From an uncultured Nitrososphaerales archaeon (GTDB lineage: Archaea; Thermoproteota; Nitrososphaeria; Nitrososphaerales; Nitrososphaeraceae): a stretch of 64,000 bases of DNA. Under the pieces are notes generated by a model. It did no database searches and was not told where the DNA came from. It saw only the letters and a program-made list of their open reading frames with translations. Of the stretch, positions 12,572-24,050 are shown one piece after another; position 1 is the stretch's first letter, and every line of letters begins with the position of its first letter. The position numbers and the translations under genes were made by a program. The stretch is taken from positions 420,619 to 484,618 of the forward strand of contig CAVOHZ010000003.1 in the NCBI GenBank assembly GCA_963695855.1. Reading direction: 5' to 3'.

Positions 12572-13531
12572 TTATGTAACAATATTATTTAAGGGAGAGA
12601 TAAAGAGTACTCCCCAAGTTGTTGATTTGAATTTTACTGGTGCGTATACAATTAACATATCTTTATTGCTAATATTTTCAATCTTGTATCCAGATATGCC
12701 AGCTATAACATCTTTAAAGGATAAAAGAGAAGAGATATCACCTGATTGATTTTGATTATTAACATATGACGAATGCGACGAACTGGCGATAACTTGGCCA
12801 TTGTTATCTACGTATATTGCAGTTTCATTTTCTGATAGGGGAAGAGATTGTAATGATTTGTTAAATGTAGAAATGTCCTGATCACCAGCAAATAATCCTA
12901 TCAAATTCTCAGTATTGTTATCCCTATTACTGACATTAGCAGAATATAATGGTATAGCAATATTCACTTGGGGAAGGCCAGAAGAGGCAGATATGAGTAC
13001 ATTTCCAAGATAGGTATCGCCAGTCAAAACGGCTCCCTTGTAATAATCTCTAAATGCAAAGTTATCTCTAGTGAGGATATCCTGTGCCGAATAAGGCTCT
13101 TCAAAGTACATATCTCCATTTGGCATTATATAGAAAATTCGTCCAAAATCCTCATCTATAGATAATATATTTTGTGCTACTTGTCTTTTTGACATATCTG
13201 CATCTTTTGGAATGCCATGGAAAGAGGGATCTATTAAACTCGCATTAGGTAGAGTCCTCATTTGCGCAAGCTGGCTTGCTATTTCTAATATTGCAACTGA
13301 TTTATTGAGCTTAGTTTCTAAGTGATTTGCTAAAAGTTGAACTATGATATTTTTATCATGAATTGATAATTGAGTATGATTGCTTTGTAATAGAGAATCA
13401 TTATTTATTGATATTTCTTCTTGTGCAATTAGCCTTTCAAATATCCTATCATCTTGAATATTAAGAAAGATAAATGTTCCTATGATAATAAGAATTACAA
13501 CAGAGCCTATTCTACTATTTAGAATTCTCAT
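12572..13531 (-). CDS. Membrane-anchored Cache (dCache_1-like) sensor domain protein, no output domain
   Basis: N-terminal TM; NFAFRDYYKGA, ISASSG...NIAIPLY, YVDNNGQVIA, VYAPV...TWGVL. Confidence 0.85.
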   Translation of the reverse strand: MRILNSRIGSVVILIIIGTFIFLNIQDDRIFERLIAQEEISINNDSLLQSNHTQLSIHDKNIIVQLLANHLETKLNKSVAILEIASQLAQMRTLPNASLIDPSFHGIPKDADMSKRQVAQNILSIDEDFGRIFYIMPNGDMYFEEPYSAQDILTRDNFAFRDYYKGAVLTGDTYLGNVLISASSGLPQVNIAIPLYSANVSNRDNNTENLIGLFAGDQDISTFNKSLQSLPLSENETAIYVDNNGQVIASSSHSSYVNNQNQSGDISSLLSFKDVIAGISGYKIENISNKDMLIVYAPVKFKSTTWGVLFISPLNNIVT

Positions 13532-14654
13532 TAATGGATATAAATCTAGCCATCTTAAATAATTTTTTAATGCAAAGAAAATATTATTAAAGCCAAAATA
13601 ATATGCATTCGTTCTTTGACCAGGTACACAATTGAACTCCCTGTTTATTAAATTTTACTTCTTTCAATTTTATGTTACATTTATATGCTCTTAAATAAAC
13701 AAAAAAATTTTACTATTAATTAAAATTCGTATAAATTTTTTTTTGATTGGAATATTTCTAAAAGAAAATATTTACAATCTGGCATAGCCAAGCTATAAAG
13801 ATGTTAAAAAATAAGTTCTATATTTATTTATACACAGCATATCAACTATCAATAAGTTTCAAAACTTTTAATACTTAGGCTGCATTCGCTGAAGTCGATT
13901 GTTTAGTGTAAGGCTGTACCATTGTCTCATTTTTAGCTTTTATTATTTAGAAATTTATTTAAATTATATAAATATAAAAAATAAAGATTCGTTAAGAAAT
14001 CAAAACAATATTTGAAAAATGCTGTTATATAGGATTAACAGAGATTATTACTGAGGGAGTACTATCATCAAAGTTTACCACATACATTCTCTCATATACT
14101 GGGTCATAAGGTACACAAACTGTATTACCTCCCAATCCAGTTATAGCATACTGTTACTTTACATCTTGGTTGTGGAGCACCAACTTTTGTCTGACCGTTC
14201 TCATTCTAACTGATAGATATGTTTACCAAGTTCTTTTTGAAGTTTATTCTATCCCCAAGACCGTAGGCATTTTGAGTATTTGGTGCTGCCTGCTCATTTG
14301 CTGCTTATGCTGCTCCCAACTTATCACTAGGTCCTAAGGTATCTCCGCAATATCTATTCCTTTATTAGTATCTTCAGGTGCCGTACATCCTTCTTAATCT
14401 TTTTACATTTCATAAAAATAAAATGGCTGGAATCGGGAGCTATTTTTTATCATGTTTTTTTATCAAATCTAGGATACTTTTTGTCCCTTCATCGAGATCA
14501 CATTATAATCGGGCGCGGTTCAAATCATTGGGAAAGTCTCATTGGCTTGTAAATTTAGATTTCATAATTTGTAAGACTAAAAAACTGACTATTAGATGAA
14601 GTGCTAGGTTAATGTATATAACTTAGTATTCACAAATTATATGTATATCATATC

Positions 14655-15203
14655 GTGAAATCATTTGTAGAAGATAGCAATACTAAGGTAGAAGAGATAA
14701 TGTCTACGAATGTTGTTTCTTTAGATATATCAAAAATAGCATCTCACGCAGCGGATTTGATGACCGAGAAAAAAATAGGAAGTATTGTTATAACTAAAAA
14801 TAACAAACGGTTTGGAATAATTACCGAACGAGATCTTGTAAGAAGATATGCTCGTGATAAACCTCTTGGTGATTTGGCTTCCCATCCACTCATTACAGCA
14901 AACCTCAGTACAACAGTTGAAAAAGTAGCAAAAATCATGTTAAAAAATGGAATCAGAAAGATTCCAATTGTCGACCAAAATAATGATTTAGTAGGCATGA
15001 TAACAACAACTGACTTGGTAATGTTTCTTTTGCCTAAAATAAAATCAGATTTGGCTTCTTCCATATTGCGAACGGCCACTAGAGGAAAGGGACCTACATG
15101 TGACTCATGTGGTAGCTCCATTGAAATACAGTGGTGTGATAGTTGTGGTAGATTTATGTGTCTAAGTTGCGAAGACGCGCTGCATACTGTAGATTTACCC
15201 TAA
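14655..15203 (+). CDS. CBS-pair protein with C-terminal zinc finger
   Basis: GIITERD and GMITTTD CBS motifs; C-terminal CDSC..CDSC..CLSC..H. Confidence 0.9.
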   Translation: MKSFVEDSNTKVEEIMSTNVVSLDISKIASHAADLMTEKKIGSIVITKNNKRFGIITERDLVRRYARDKPLGDLASHPLITANLSTTVEKVAKIMLKNGIRKIPIVDQNNDLVGMITTTDLVMFLLPKIKSDLASSILRTATRGKGPTCDSCGSSIEIQWCDSCGRFMCLSCEDALHTVDLP

Positions 15204-15734
15204 TATAACTATATTAAGACACATGTAATGATTATTTGATGTTTTAGTAGTAAAATCATTTAACTAATAAAATCAAAGAGAGGTATAAAAAATTTTTGTA
15301 TAGTAAAAAGACATCGTCTATTACCAGAATTCATATGAGTATTCTGCCTTTTTATTCTGACTAATATCGATAGGCGTGAAAAAATAACACTCTAATTGTC
15401 TAGTAAACGAATTTAAAAGCTTAAACTTTTACAGTCCAGAAATGAAAGACATAGATTCTAAATCTCACATCGATATTATGGAACTGGTAATTATTCTAAA
15501 TTTGATAGGTTGAAATATAAAAGGATAAGACAATTTTATATTAAAAATTTTTTAATAAAAAAAAATACTTTGTAAATTTAGATTAAATTACAAAGATGAT
15601 TTTATAAATTACAGAATTTGAATCCGGATCGGTTGTGGGACTATTTAAAGATATGAGAGTGATCTTTAAATGCTATAATATAATTTAAAAAAATAGACAT
15701 AAAAGATTAATTATACCAATTAAGATAAATATGC

Positions 15735-16154
15735 TTACTCACCTCCAACCAGGTAATTTCTCATATTCAGATTGAATCTTTTTGTTCTAAAATATGTAGA
15801 TATTTTGATTATGAAATCTGTAAATGACCGATAGTATTGTAGGACAAGCAGATGGTTTTTGGCTATATTCCAGCATTCTTCCAGTACCATAAATTCTGGA
15901 GATGCTGTTGGAAGATATACTGGAATCAGATCCTTTTTGTGTTTGTCAAAATATTGCAGTACCTTTTTTGATTTATAGTGTTGTTTTGCTTTATCCAGAA
16001 ATATATAACATTTTGGAAATTTCCTGTGTATCTGTTTTAGATAATTAAGAAATGTATTTTCATCAAACCAGTCATATTGCCTGAACAGTTGTTTTCCTTC
16101 TAAACTTGTGGCACCAAATAGAACTGACGCCTGATGAGATCCATTAATTCTCAC
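15735..16154 (-). CDS. IS630 transposase, DDE ORF (probably reached by frameshift from the HTH ORF)
   Basis: FLDKAKQH and YLPTASPEFMVLEECW; the frame extends upstream to the TDES catalytic Asp near 16225. Confidence 0.88.
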   Translation of the reverse strand: MRINGSHQASVLFGATSLEGKQLFRQYDWFDENTFLNYLKQIHRKFPKCYIFLDKAKQHYKSKKVLQYFDKHKKDLIPVYLPTASPEFMVLEECWNIAKNHLLVLQYYRSFTDFIIKISTYFRTKRFNLNMRNYLVGGE

Positions 16155-16231
16155 TACTGGTCTTTCATCTTTTCTTATCCAGACTCTTCTTACAAGAGAG
16201 TCAAAGAAAAAGAATGATTCATCAGTAGATA

Positions 16232-16741
16232 CTACTGTAAATCCTTCTTGGAGATTATCCAGTATCTTTCTTGCTCTTTTTTAAAACCTTCTTTCTCTTC
16301 TTTTGGTGCAGTGTTTACATGTACTTTTCTAGGTACTTTCTGTTTGAATCCCCATCTGCGAAGTAAGGTGTAGATGTAAATATGATGGTAGTGTATACCG
16401 CTATCTCTGACTATGATATCATAAACCTGTTTTGTAGTCCATCCCTGTTTGCTAGACGACAGTTTATTTTTTATCTTGTATACTGTCTCTTCTGGTATAT
16501 CTGGTGGTCTACCACTTTTTGATCTGTTTTTTAATCCTTCTATACCTTCTTCCCTGTACCTCTTTAACCAATCAGAAGCCCATGTTCTGCTTCTGTGGAG
16601 ATCTCTTGCAACCTGTGCAGGAATATGTTTGTCATATACTACGTTTAACACAAGCAACATTCTTTCCTTTACACCTGCATCAGATTCTCGTTTATACAGT
16701 TGCTCAAATCTTGTTCTAGAAAGATTGTTGCTCTCAATCAA
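16232..16741 (-). CDS. IS630 transposase, N-terminal HTH ORF
   Basis: W.KRY.EEG.EGL..R.KSGRP and LLRRWGF..KVPR. Confidence 0.9.
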   Translation of the reverse strand: MIESNNLSRTRFEQLYKRESDAGVKERMLLVLNVVYDKHIPAQVARDLHRSRTWASDWLKRYREEGIEGLKNRSKSGRPPDIPEETVYKIKNKLSSSKQGWTTKQVYDIIVRDSGIHYHHIYIYTLLRRWGFKQKVPRKVHVNTAPKEEKEGFKKEQERYWIISKKDLQ

Positions 16742-17126
16742 ATGGATAAACTGTATGCTTCCTTTCTTAGCTAAATCTATTATTGTCTAAAGTGTATGAC
16801 CATGATGTTAAATTAATGTCAGCATAATTATATTAATTGGTATAATTAAATAATTTAGGTTTAAAAAAAATACTATATGAAATTAGATTGAATTATACTA
16901 CTTGGTTGATGCCATAGTATAACAATTCATTTTATCTTAAACACTCATCCAAGATTTCATATCAAATTACAACAAAAAATGGTCTTTCTGACGATCTATA
17001 TGACATCTCTAAAAGTATAGGATATTAATACAAATATGTAATTGGAAAGCAAGTGTAACACGCATGTTGAAAGAAATGCATAATTACCAGGTCAAATATT
17101 ATATAATTCTAATTGTAATTTGAAGT

Positions 17127-17417
17127 ATGGGAAAACGATTAATAGCACAGCATGTTTGTTGCAAAGAGGAAACTGATAAAAGGGGGTCAGATGATATCTA
17201 TATTTTCAATTTTCGAGGTAACACGATTACTACATTTGATACTAATATTATCGTTCATGGTCCAGGAGAAATTCGGGACATCTTTGATAGTAATGATGAT
17301 TGGTCACAAGATATTCCAATATCTAAGTCCATTCCATCTTCAGTGTATCTTGTCCAATTCAATAGTAAAAAAAATGTCATGAATACTAAGAACACAAATA
17401 TTTCAAACTACATGTGA
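17127..17417 (+). CDS. Hypothetical protein, possibly truncated
   Basis: 96-aa ATG ORF with VCCKEETD..GSDDIYI. Confidence 0.4.
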   Translation: MGKRLIAQHVCCKEETDKRGSDDIYIFNFRGNTITTFDTNIIVHGPGEIRDIFDSNDDWSQDIPISKSIPSSVYLVQFNSKKNVMNTKNTNISNYM

Positions 17418-17453
17418 TTCTAGGCATTGGCAGATTATAATGGAGATGCGTAG

Positions 17454-19001
17454 TTGGATATATTACTAAAAAGTAAAGGTTATCAAAATAAAAAACTACC
17501 GTTACTTTTACTTCCTTTAATTTTAAGTGCAGTTATCAACACCTGGAATATAACAGGTTTTCCTAATTTACACGTTGATGAAGGATATTACATGTGGAAA
17601 ACAATGTCTATACTTCAGGGTCAAGGTCTCCTAACATCAGATAGCTATTTGGATAGATATTTTGCTCCTTATTTTGGTCCGATATTTTTAGCAGGTCTTC
17701 TTGGAATGATAGGATATCCTGATATAGTTAATCCAACTCTTGATACTGCTTCGATAGAATCACTTTATTTAATCCCACGATTAATTATGAGTATTTTTGC
17801 AATCTTAGATACTTTTCTTATCTTTAAAATAGCTGAAAAAAGATATGACATAAAAATAGCATTTATAGCAGCGGTTCTTTTTGCTGTAATGCCATACGAA
17901 TGGTTACTTAAGAGAATATTTCTGGAAACAATCCAGTTGCCTCTGCTCTTGACGTCAATATTGCTAGTACTCTATCTGAAAAAGATCCCAGATGAAACAA
18001 AAAATACCAAAGCTGAAATAAAAAATACTATTTTGATTCTATTTTCAGGTGCTCTATTAGGTTTGGCTATATTTACAAAAATCCCTATTTTTGCAATGAT
18101 TCCACTAATAGGATATCTTATTTATGCAAATACCAATAAAAAAAATAAATTTAAGAGTCTTGGATTGTGGCTTATTCCAGTCATTTTAATTCCTATGTTA
18201 TGGCCTGCTTTTGCTTTTTCTATAGGCGAATTTGATAAGTGGATTGAAGATGTCTTACAACAAACTCAACGAGAGAGTAAACCACTTGTTAATACACTTA
18301 CAACATACCTTGAAAATGATCCCGCAATGTTTTTGTTGGGATTAGCAGGAATAGTGAATGCAGCTATTAGACGAGATTATTTTATATTGTTATTTAGTCT
18401 TCCTTTCATCTTATTTTTATACTGGATTGGTTATGTATCAACTTTTCATATAATACCTCTTTTTCCGGTATTTGCAATTGGTGGTGCCAAAATGATAATT
18501 GATTTAACAAATTTAGTACCAAATCTAAAATTTTGTAAAACTATCCCATATGTTATTTTATCTGCTATTGCTGTATTTTGTCTCATCTCTACATTTCTTT
18601 TGATCTCGATTGATACAAACTCTGTAGTATTTCAAACACATTTAGCTGTAATCCAGGAGTTACAAAAGACTAATGGAACTATTACTCTTGTTGGAAATGC
18701 ACTTTATTTATGGATGCCACACTATATTTTTGATCTACCTTATAAAACTGCAAGTTTCGATTCGACTAATCCTCTAGATAGTGAACATTTCATCCTAATA
18801 GCTGATCCCAGATATAAAGCGATCATAAAAGAAAACAGTCCTCGAGGAATTTTTCATAAAGACCTGTTTCTACAATCTCAAATAATTGAAACAATCAAAC
18901 CGGATCATCCAATTAAAAAATACAAGCTCAATATTTATCCATATACAAATTTAAGACAATCATCAATAGTAAGAGATGTAGAAATACGATCTAACTACTA
19001 A
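17454..19001 (+). CDS. GT-C fold glycosyltransferase (PMT/ArnT-like, GT39-type)
   Basis: HVDEGYY after the first TM, multiple TMs, GLAIFTK motif. Confidence 0.88.
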   Translation: MDILLKSKGYQNKKLPLLLLPLILSAVINTWNITGFPNLHVDEGYYMWKTMSILQGQGLLTSDSYLDRYFAPYFGPIFLAGLLGMIGYPDIVNPTLDTASIESLYLIPRLIMSIFAILDTFLIFKIAEKRYDIKIAFIAAVLFAVMPYEWLLKRIFLETIQLPLLLTSILLVLYLKKIPDETKNTKAEIKNTILILFSGALLGLAIFTKIPIFAMIPLIGYLIYANTNKKNKFKSLGLWLIPVILIPMLWPAFAFSIGEFDKWIEDVLQQTQRESKPLVNTLTTYLENDPAMFLLGLAGIVNAAIRRDYFILLFSLPFILFLYWIGYVSTFHIIPLFPVFAIGGAKMIIDLTNLVPNLKFCKTIPYVILSAIAVFCLISTFLLISIDTNSVVFQTHLAVIQELQKTNGTITLVGNALYLWMPHYIFDLPYKTASFDSTNPLDSEHFILIADPRYKAIIKENSPRGIFHKDLFLQSQIIETIKPDHPIKKYKLNIYPYTNLRQSSIVRDVEIRSNY

Positions 19002-19130
19002 CTGTTTTGAGTTTAAGTCAATTTTTTTGTTATCCTGTTATATGGTTAGGTACAAAGTGAAATCCTAGGAGTGCAATAAATAACTAAAAATATTCATTTC
19101 AACTTTTTTTCTTATCATTATAATCATAAA

Positions 19131-19340
19131 ATGGCTAGGTCCGTACCATTAGATAGTAGATTTTCAAAGTTGACTGAAGTTGATAAACCTCAACACTCTA
19201 TGATTCTACCTGAAAGTACGTATCAAAGGTTAAAGAGGAATAGTCAAATGTACTGAGATTCAGAAAGTTATGATGATATGCTGATTAAGTTAATGCAATT
19301 TTATGAAGAACATAAAAAATACGATTTCATTATTAGCTAG
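19131..19340 (+). pseudogene. Small RHH-like DNA-binding protein interrupted by in-frame TGA
   Basis: Manual translation MARSVPLDSRF...SMILPESTYQRLKRNSQMY*DSESYDDMLIKLMQFYEE; TGA at 19254. Confidence 0.55.
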
Positions 19341-19479
19341 AAAAAGATAAAAAATAAAGTTCCATAATAAAATCAATAATGTTCTAGAACATTTATCACC
19401 CTATATTTAACTAGATCGATAGCCTGTATATTGTAAGGTGTAAGATGTATGTTAGAAATGATAGGTAAGAGGACGATAT

Positions 19480-19728
19480 ATGTCAACAACCAGGAGTTTT
19501 AGTTCAACACAAGGTTTGGATTTAGCACGGTACATCATGCATAGGTTAAAGGATGACCAAAATTTTAATACTGATATGATTGCAAAAAAATTTGACAATA
19601 ACGAAAAATTTGTCAAATCTATATTGGACTTTCTGAAAGAGATGGAATGGATATCAGAGGATCAGAATGGGAAATATTGTCTCACATCTCTAGGACATGA
19701 AAAATGCTTAGATCAATTGAGATTCTGA
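19480..19728 (+). CDS. Small winged-helix protein
   Basis: IAKKF....KFV.SILDFLKEMEWI......YCLTSLG. Confidence 0.7.
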   Translation: MSTTRSFSSTQGLDLARYIMHRLKDDQNFNTDMIAKKFDNNEKFVKSILDFLKEMEWISEDQNGKYCLTSLGHEKCLDQLRF

Positions 19729-20233
19729 ATATCAATCGATATTAATTAGCAATAATGCCAGAGTAATAAAATTATTGTTAGGCTTAAATAATTGAGAAAA
19801 TAAAAAAGAAAAAAATCTTCTACTGTTAACTTCATTACTGGTAGTAACAATGTCACAACAGTAATAGGTTAATTATGGAAAAAAAGAAGAAAATGGCTGT
19901 TTCATTTGTATACTAGTTGTCAAGGTTTCCTTGGCATATATTTTCCTAGATAATTATTCTCCGTGTAGAATTTCAAAATGGTTTTCTATATTACACGTAT
20001 GTGATTCTACCGGTCCTATTGTTCGGGTTGCCTCAATAGGCTTAGTAGGACTTGAAGTACAATCTCCTGTAAATATTACAATTTGTATACTAACGCCACC
20101 AATGGTTGGGTTTTGCTGGAGAAAATCATTCGGTTGTCTCGAATTCGCAGTCCTAGTAAGAACTGTATTTGATTTCTTCATAAGTTGGTATATTTATATA
20201 CTAATAGCTCATATCTATATAAAACAGAGCCTG

Positions 20234-21244
20234 ATGGATGCTTATAACAATAATAATTTTACCAAACTAATATACAAAGAACATATTATGCTATTGTACG
20301 ATGATAAGAATAAGCGTAATAATATTATAATAGAATATATTAATGAAGGATTAAAAAATGGCTGTTTATGTATATATGCGTCGGTGGATATAGACAATTT
20401 TAAAAGTATTTCATTAATAGATAGTTTGTCTTCTAGAGTAATAAATTATGAAGAGAATATTAGAAATGGAAATCTACTATTTATCAATTTTAAAGCTTAT
20501 TATGAATCTGCACTTAAAGGAGATTTAACACTATTTGAAAAGTTGAAATCAGAATTAGAATATGCATTGTATAAGCGTCTTTCTGAAGGAAAAAAAGATA
20601 AAATACTAATCTTTGCCGATGCAGCTTGTGCTTTATCTGAAACTAGACATTTTAAAGAATGCATAGATTTGGAAAAATGGTGGCAGAAAGTTAATTTAGA
20701 TTGGGTAAGAAATAACATGGATATCACCGTAGTATGTCCTCATGCCAACTATGTCTTTAAGGAAAATTCATTACAAGAAATAAAGAATAAAATTAGCAAT
20801 TTTCATGATGCCACCATTGACATAGAAGAGGAACAGTCTTTGCAATATTTTTATAATTTAATTTTCAAAAGTAGGGATTTTGATGATTCGGTTAATTATG
20901 AACAAACAATCAAGATTATGAAAGATATAAAGCACAATTTTATGGAAGAACATAAGAATATCATCAATACGTATTATTCAATATATTCTAAATGTTTAGA
21001 TGATATAATTTATCATAATTTGAATAATTCAAAAACTATAGAAGAATATTCTAAAATATATGATAACACAAACAGAAATTTAATGAATAATCAAACTAAT
21101 AATACAAGAATGATCGATGATATTATTAATAAAAATATGGATACATTTATTAAATCAATAGAATTTGCAAATAAATTTTACTTTGACGTTGTCCAAAGCT
21201 ATTATAATTATATAATGAGGATTAACAAATCAGCGGAAAGATAA
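20234..21244 (+). CDS. MEDS-domain protein with C-terminal helical domain
   Basis: EHIMLLYDD...EYINEGLKNG..CIYAS, LEKWW and VVCP; likely start is ATG 20234 within ORF 19931-21244. Confidence 0.85.
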   Translation: MDAYNNNNFTKLIYKEHIMLLYDDKNKRNNIIIEYINEGLKNGCLCIYASVDIDNFKSISLIDSLSSRVINYEENIRNGNLLFINFKAYYESALKGDLTLFEKLKSELEYALYKRLSEGKKDKILIFADAACALSETRHFKECIDLEKWWQKVNLDWVRNNMDITVVCPHANYVFKENSLQEIKNKISNFHDATIDIEEEQSLQYFYNLIFKSRDFDDSVNYEQTIKIMKDIKHNFMEEHKNIINTYYSIYSKCLDDIIYHNLNNSKTIEEYSKIYDNTNRNLMNNQTNNTRMIDDIINKNMDTFIKSIEFANKFYFDVVQSYYNYIMRINKSAER

Positions 21245-21648
21245 TCTTATTATCTTATTGTAGAACTATTATTAATGCTAATGATACAATAAGTATTTGT
21301 ATTCCAGAAAATATTGGTTTAATCAAATATTAATAATTTACTTCAGATAGATTTATTTAAATTTTTTATACTTTAATTTATGTATAATTTTATAACAAAT
21401 AACAACAATTTACTTACCAAAATTAAAACATAAACTTAAAACTGTTTTGTATTCAAAAACCTAAAATCTTAATGATATAGTTGGTGGTATTGTCCAAATA
21501 TAAATCACTTAACGAAAAATAGTATATATCAATTGGTGATAAAATTTAGATAAACGAAAATACAATACGATACCATTTATTAATTTCTTTTTTAATTGAA
21601 TCTCGGAATGGAAGTTTCAGGTTTGAATAATTTGAAAAACATGATTTA

Positions 21649-22553
21649 GAGCCTATCCCAAAAATAGATAGGAATATAGCTCCTTTGTTTCTTATCATAT
21701 CTGATAATGTTTAATAAAAAGTATGGTAGAACAATCATACGCATTCCAGATGATCTTTGGAATGAAATTGAAGATATTTTACCAGATGAGAAACCGGAGA
21801 ACACCATAGGTCGTCCAATTGTTCCATACAGAAAAGTCCTTGATGGAATAATGTTTATACTAAGAACTGGATGTCAGTGGAAAATGTTACCCAAAGAATA
21901 TGGTTCTGGTTCAACATGTCATAGAAGATTTCAAGAATGGGTACAATCAGATATATATATTTGATAGAATCTGAACAAGATTGCTACAAATATATGATTT
22001 AACGAAGGGAATCAAATGGAACTGGCAATCACTTGACAGCATCTCTATAAAGTCACCTTTAGGGAGGCGAGGACAGGCCATAATCCTACTGACAGAAGCA
22101 AATTAGGCACCAAAAGACATATTCTTACAGATAAAGATGGTATTCCTCTCTCTACTGTTATAATATCTGCGAATACTCACAATGATGTTACTACTGTTGC
22201 AATTGATACAGTTGATAACATTGTAATCAAAAGACCATCATCATCTTCCAAAGTAAAGCATAACCAGAAGAAACAAAATCTGTGTCTTGATAAAGCATAC
22301 CATTCCAACGAAGTAGAACAAGAAATGGTCAAAAGGGGATACATACCGCATATACGACACAGAAGAGAAAAAGAAAGAATATTTTCTACAAAATATCCCT
22401 CAAGAAGATGGGTTGTAGAGAGAACAAATTCATGGCACAATAGATTGAGGAAGTTATTTACAAGATATGAAAAAAAGGATGAGAACTATCTAGGTCTTGT
22501 ACAATTAGCAAATAGCATAATTGTTTACAGGAGGATAATTTTGGGATAGGCTC
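21649..22553 (+). mobile_element. IS5 family element, transposase inactivated
   Basis: 15-bp TIR GAGCCTATCCCAAAA / TTTTGGGATAGGCTC with TTA target duplication on both sides; LRTGCQWKMLP and RWVVERTNSW motifs; frameshift in the ATATAT run near 21950 plus an internal stop. Confidence 0.93.
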
Positions 22554-23191
22554 TTAGTAATAAAATTACATAACGAAAGAAAACATATAAAGAAATCGCC
22601 TCTATCACTCACGCATCTATAAAGGATATAAAACCCTCAATAAAACATATGAGCTAGAGTTGGCACCAGAAATATAAAGAGGAGATGACCAAACTAAACC
22701 TATTAAAAAAATTTCTAGAAATAGTAGAGCATACGAATTATTGTTACAAAAAATCCAGTTGAGGTTACATCTGAATTATATTTGTGTTATGAGTAAAAAG
22801 AAAATTTTCACACGAGTTCGGTGGGACTAGGCTTGCTAGCAATCTGTTTTTGGAACTCTAGAATACAATATAATTTGAATTTTAATGCTAGTAATTAACT
22901 GATTTTCATCTATTTATTTAAGACAAACAACTAGCAAAATCTATGTTTTTACCAGTTGTAGGGGAATAATATAAAGTATGTAATACTCCCATATACTGGA
23001 ATACTGTAAAAAAAGGGGAGTATTCGAAAGTCCTACAAAGACAGGAAACATATCTGTCCGTATTTGCAAAAAGAAGAGCAAATACAGCCACATTAAACAA
23101 AAAATAAGAAATACAAAATTTTTATTCTAAAATCTTCTGCGACTCAGACTATTACTTGAATAGTAATATTGCTGGAGTAATGACAGATTAG

Positions 23192-24050
23192 TTAAAATAA
23201 AAAAATGTGGAGGTTATTAAATAGATTAGTTTGTAGCAAATCTAATATAGTTTTTGACCGTGCATACTTTATTTCCCCTGCTGCTAATGTTACGGTACTG
23301 CAATCGTTATCCTGTTCATCTACGTATTTGAAACATATCAGATATAGATTATTAGGAAGAGTTGGAAAACCAGGGTTGAACAGATCTCCACCATCAGAAA
23401 ATCCATTACTAACGCAACGTTCTTCGGTTTGTGTTTGTGGATTTGAATATAACACATTGGGAGGAAACAAGCCACTATCATCTTTTATCTCGTTTACTGC
23501 ATATGTACCTGCCTGTAGATTTTGAATCGTTGTCCCATCCACACTTCCTTCAAATTGCTCTAGTTGTGTATTCTGACTATCTAATACTTCTATATCGAAT
23601 AGATTTTCTGTTAATCTCTGACAGAATTTTGGATCGGTTGGATCGTTGGTGAATGCACCAGGATCGGTACAGGGAAGCCATCTTGAATCATCGTGCAGGT
23701 CTTCACAAGTCATTCGCGCCTCAGGAGTATCAGGATCAAAAATATTGCAACCAAATACCTCTTTTTTCACAGTCAATGAGGCTGTTTCTGGTTGTGTTAC
23801 ACGACTCTGTTCATTCACATTAACATTTACGCATATATTTACTAGATTCTTGTTAAAGTTTATTTTATCTGCAAAACCATTACCATTCTGTGCATTCCTC
23901 CATCTGGACCTGGCGCCTCTTCATTTGCTGCTCCTAAGGCAGTATCGTCATTAGGTATTTCGGTAATATCTATACCATTGATATCGGTGTTATCGTTTAA
24001 ACATGATATTTTCTGTATTTCTACCTGAGATCTTCCAACTGCATCTCCTG
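23192..24050 (-). pseudogene. Cys-rich secreted-type protein, 5' part degraded
   Basis: ORF 23192-23818 (ASLTVKKEVFGC...YAVNE...C....AAGE.K); upstream frames are broken (IQKISCLNDN.., VNICVNVN). Confidence 0.5.

Larger units (their letters stand above)
15712..16844 (-). mobile_element. IS630 family insertion sequence, apparently complete
   Basis: Imperfect terminal inverted repeats TATACCAATTAAgATAAaTATGC / GCATAATTATATTAATTGGTATA including terminal TA; contains HTH and DDE ORFs. Confidence 0.92.

Noticed and set aside
15625-15645. Possible fifth tRNA-Lys scar (CGGATCGGTTGTGGGA)
   Set aside because: Too degenerate to distinguish from chance.
19931-20233. N-terminal 101 codons of the 437-aa ORF
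   Set aside because: No domain-like content; the MEDS domain and a plausible ATG start at 20234.
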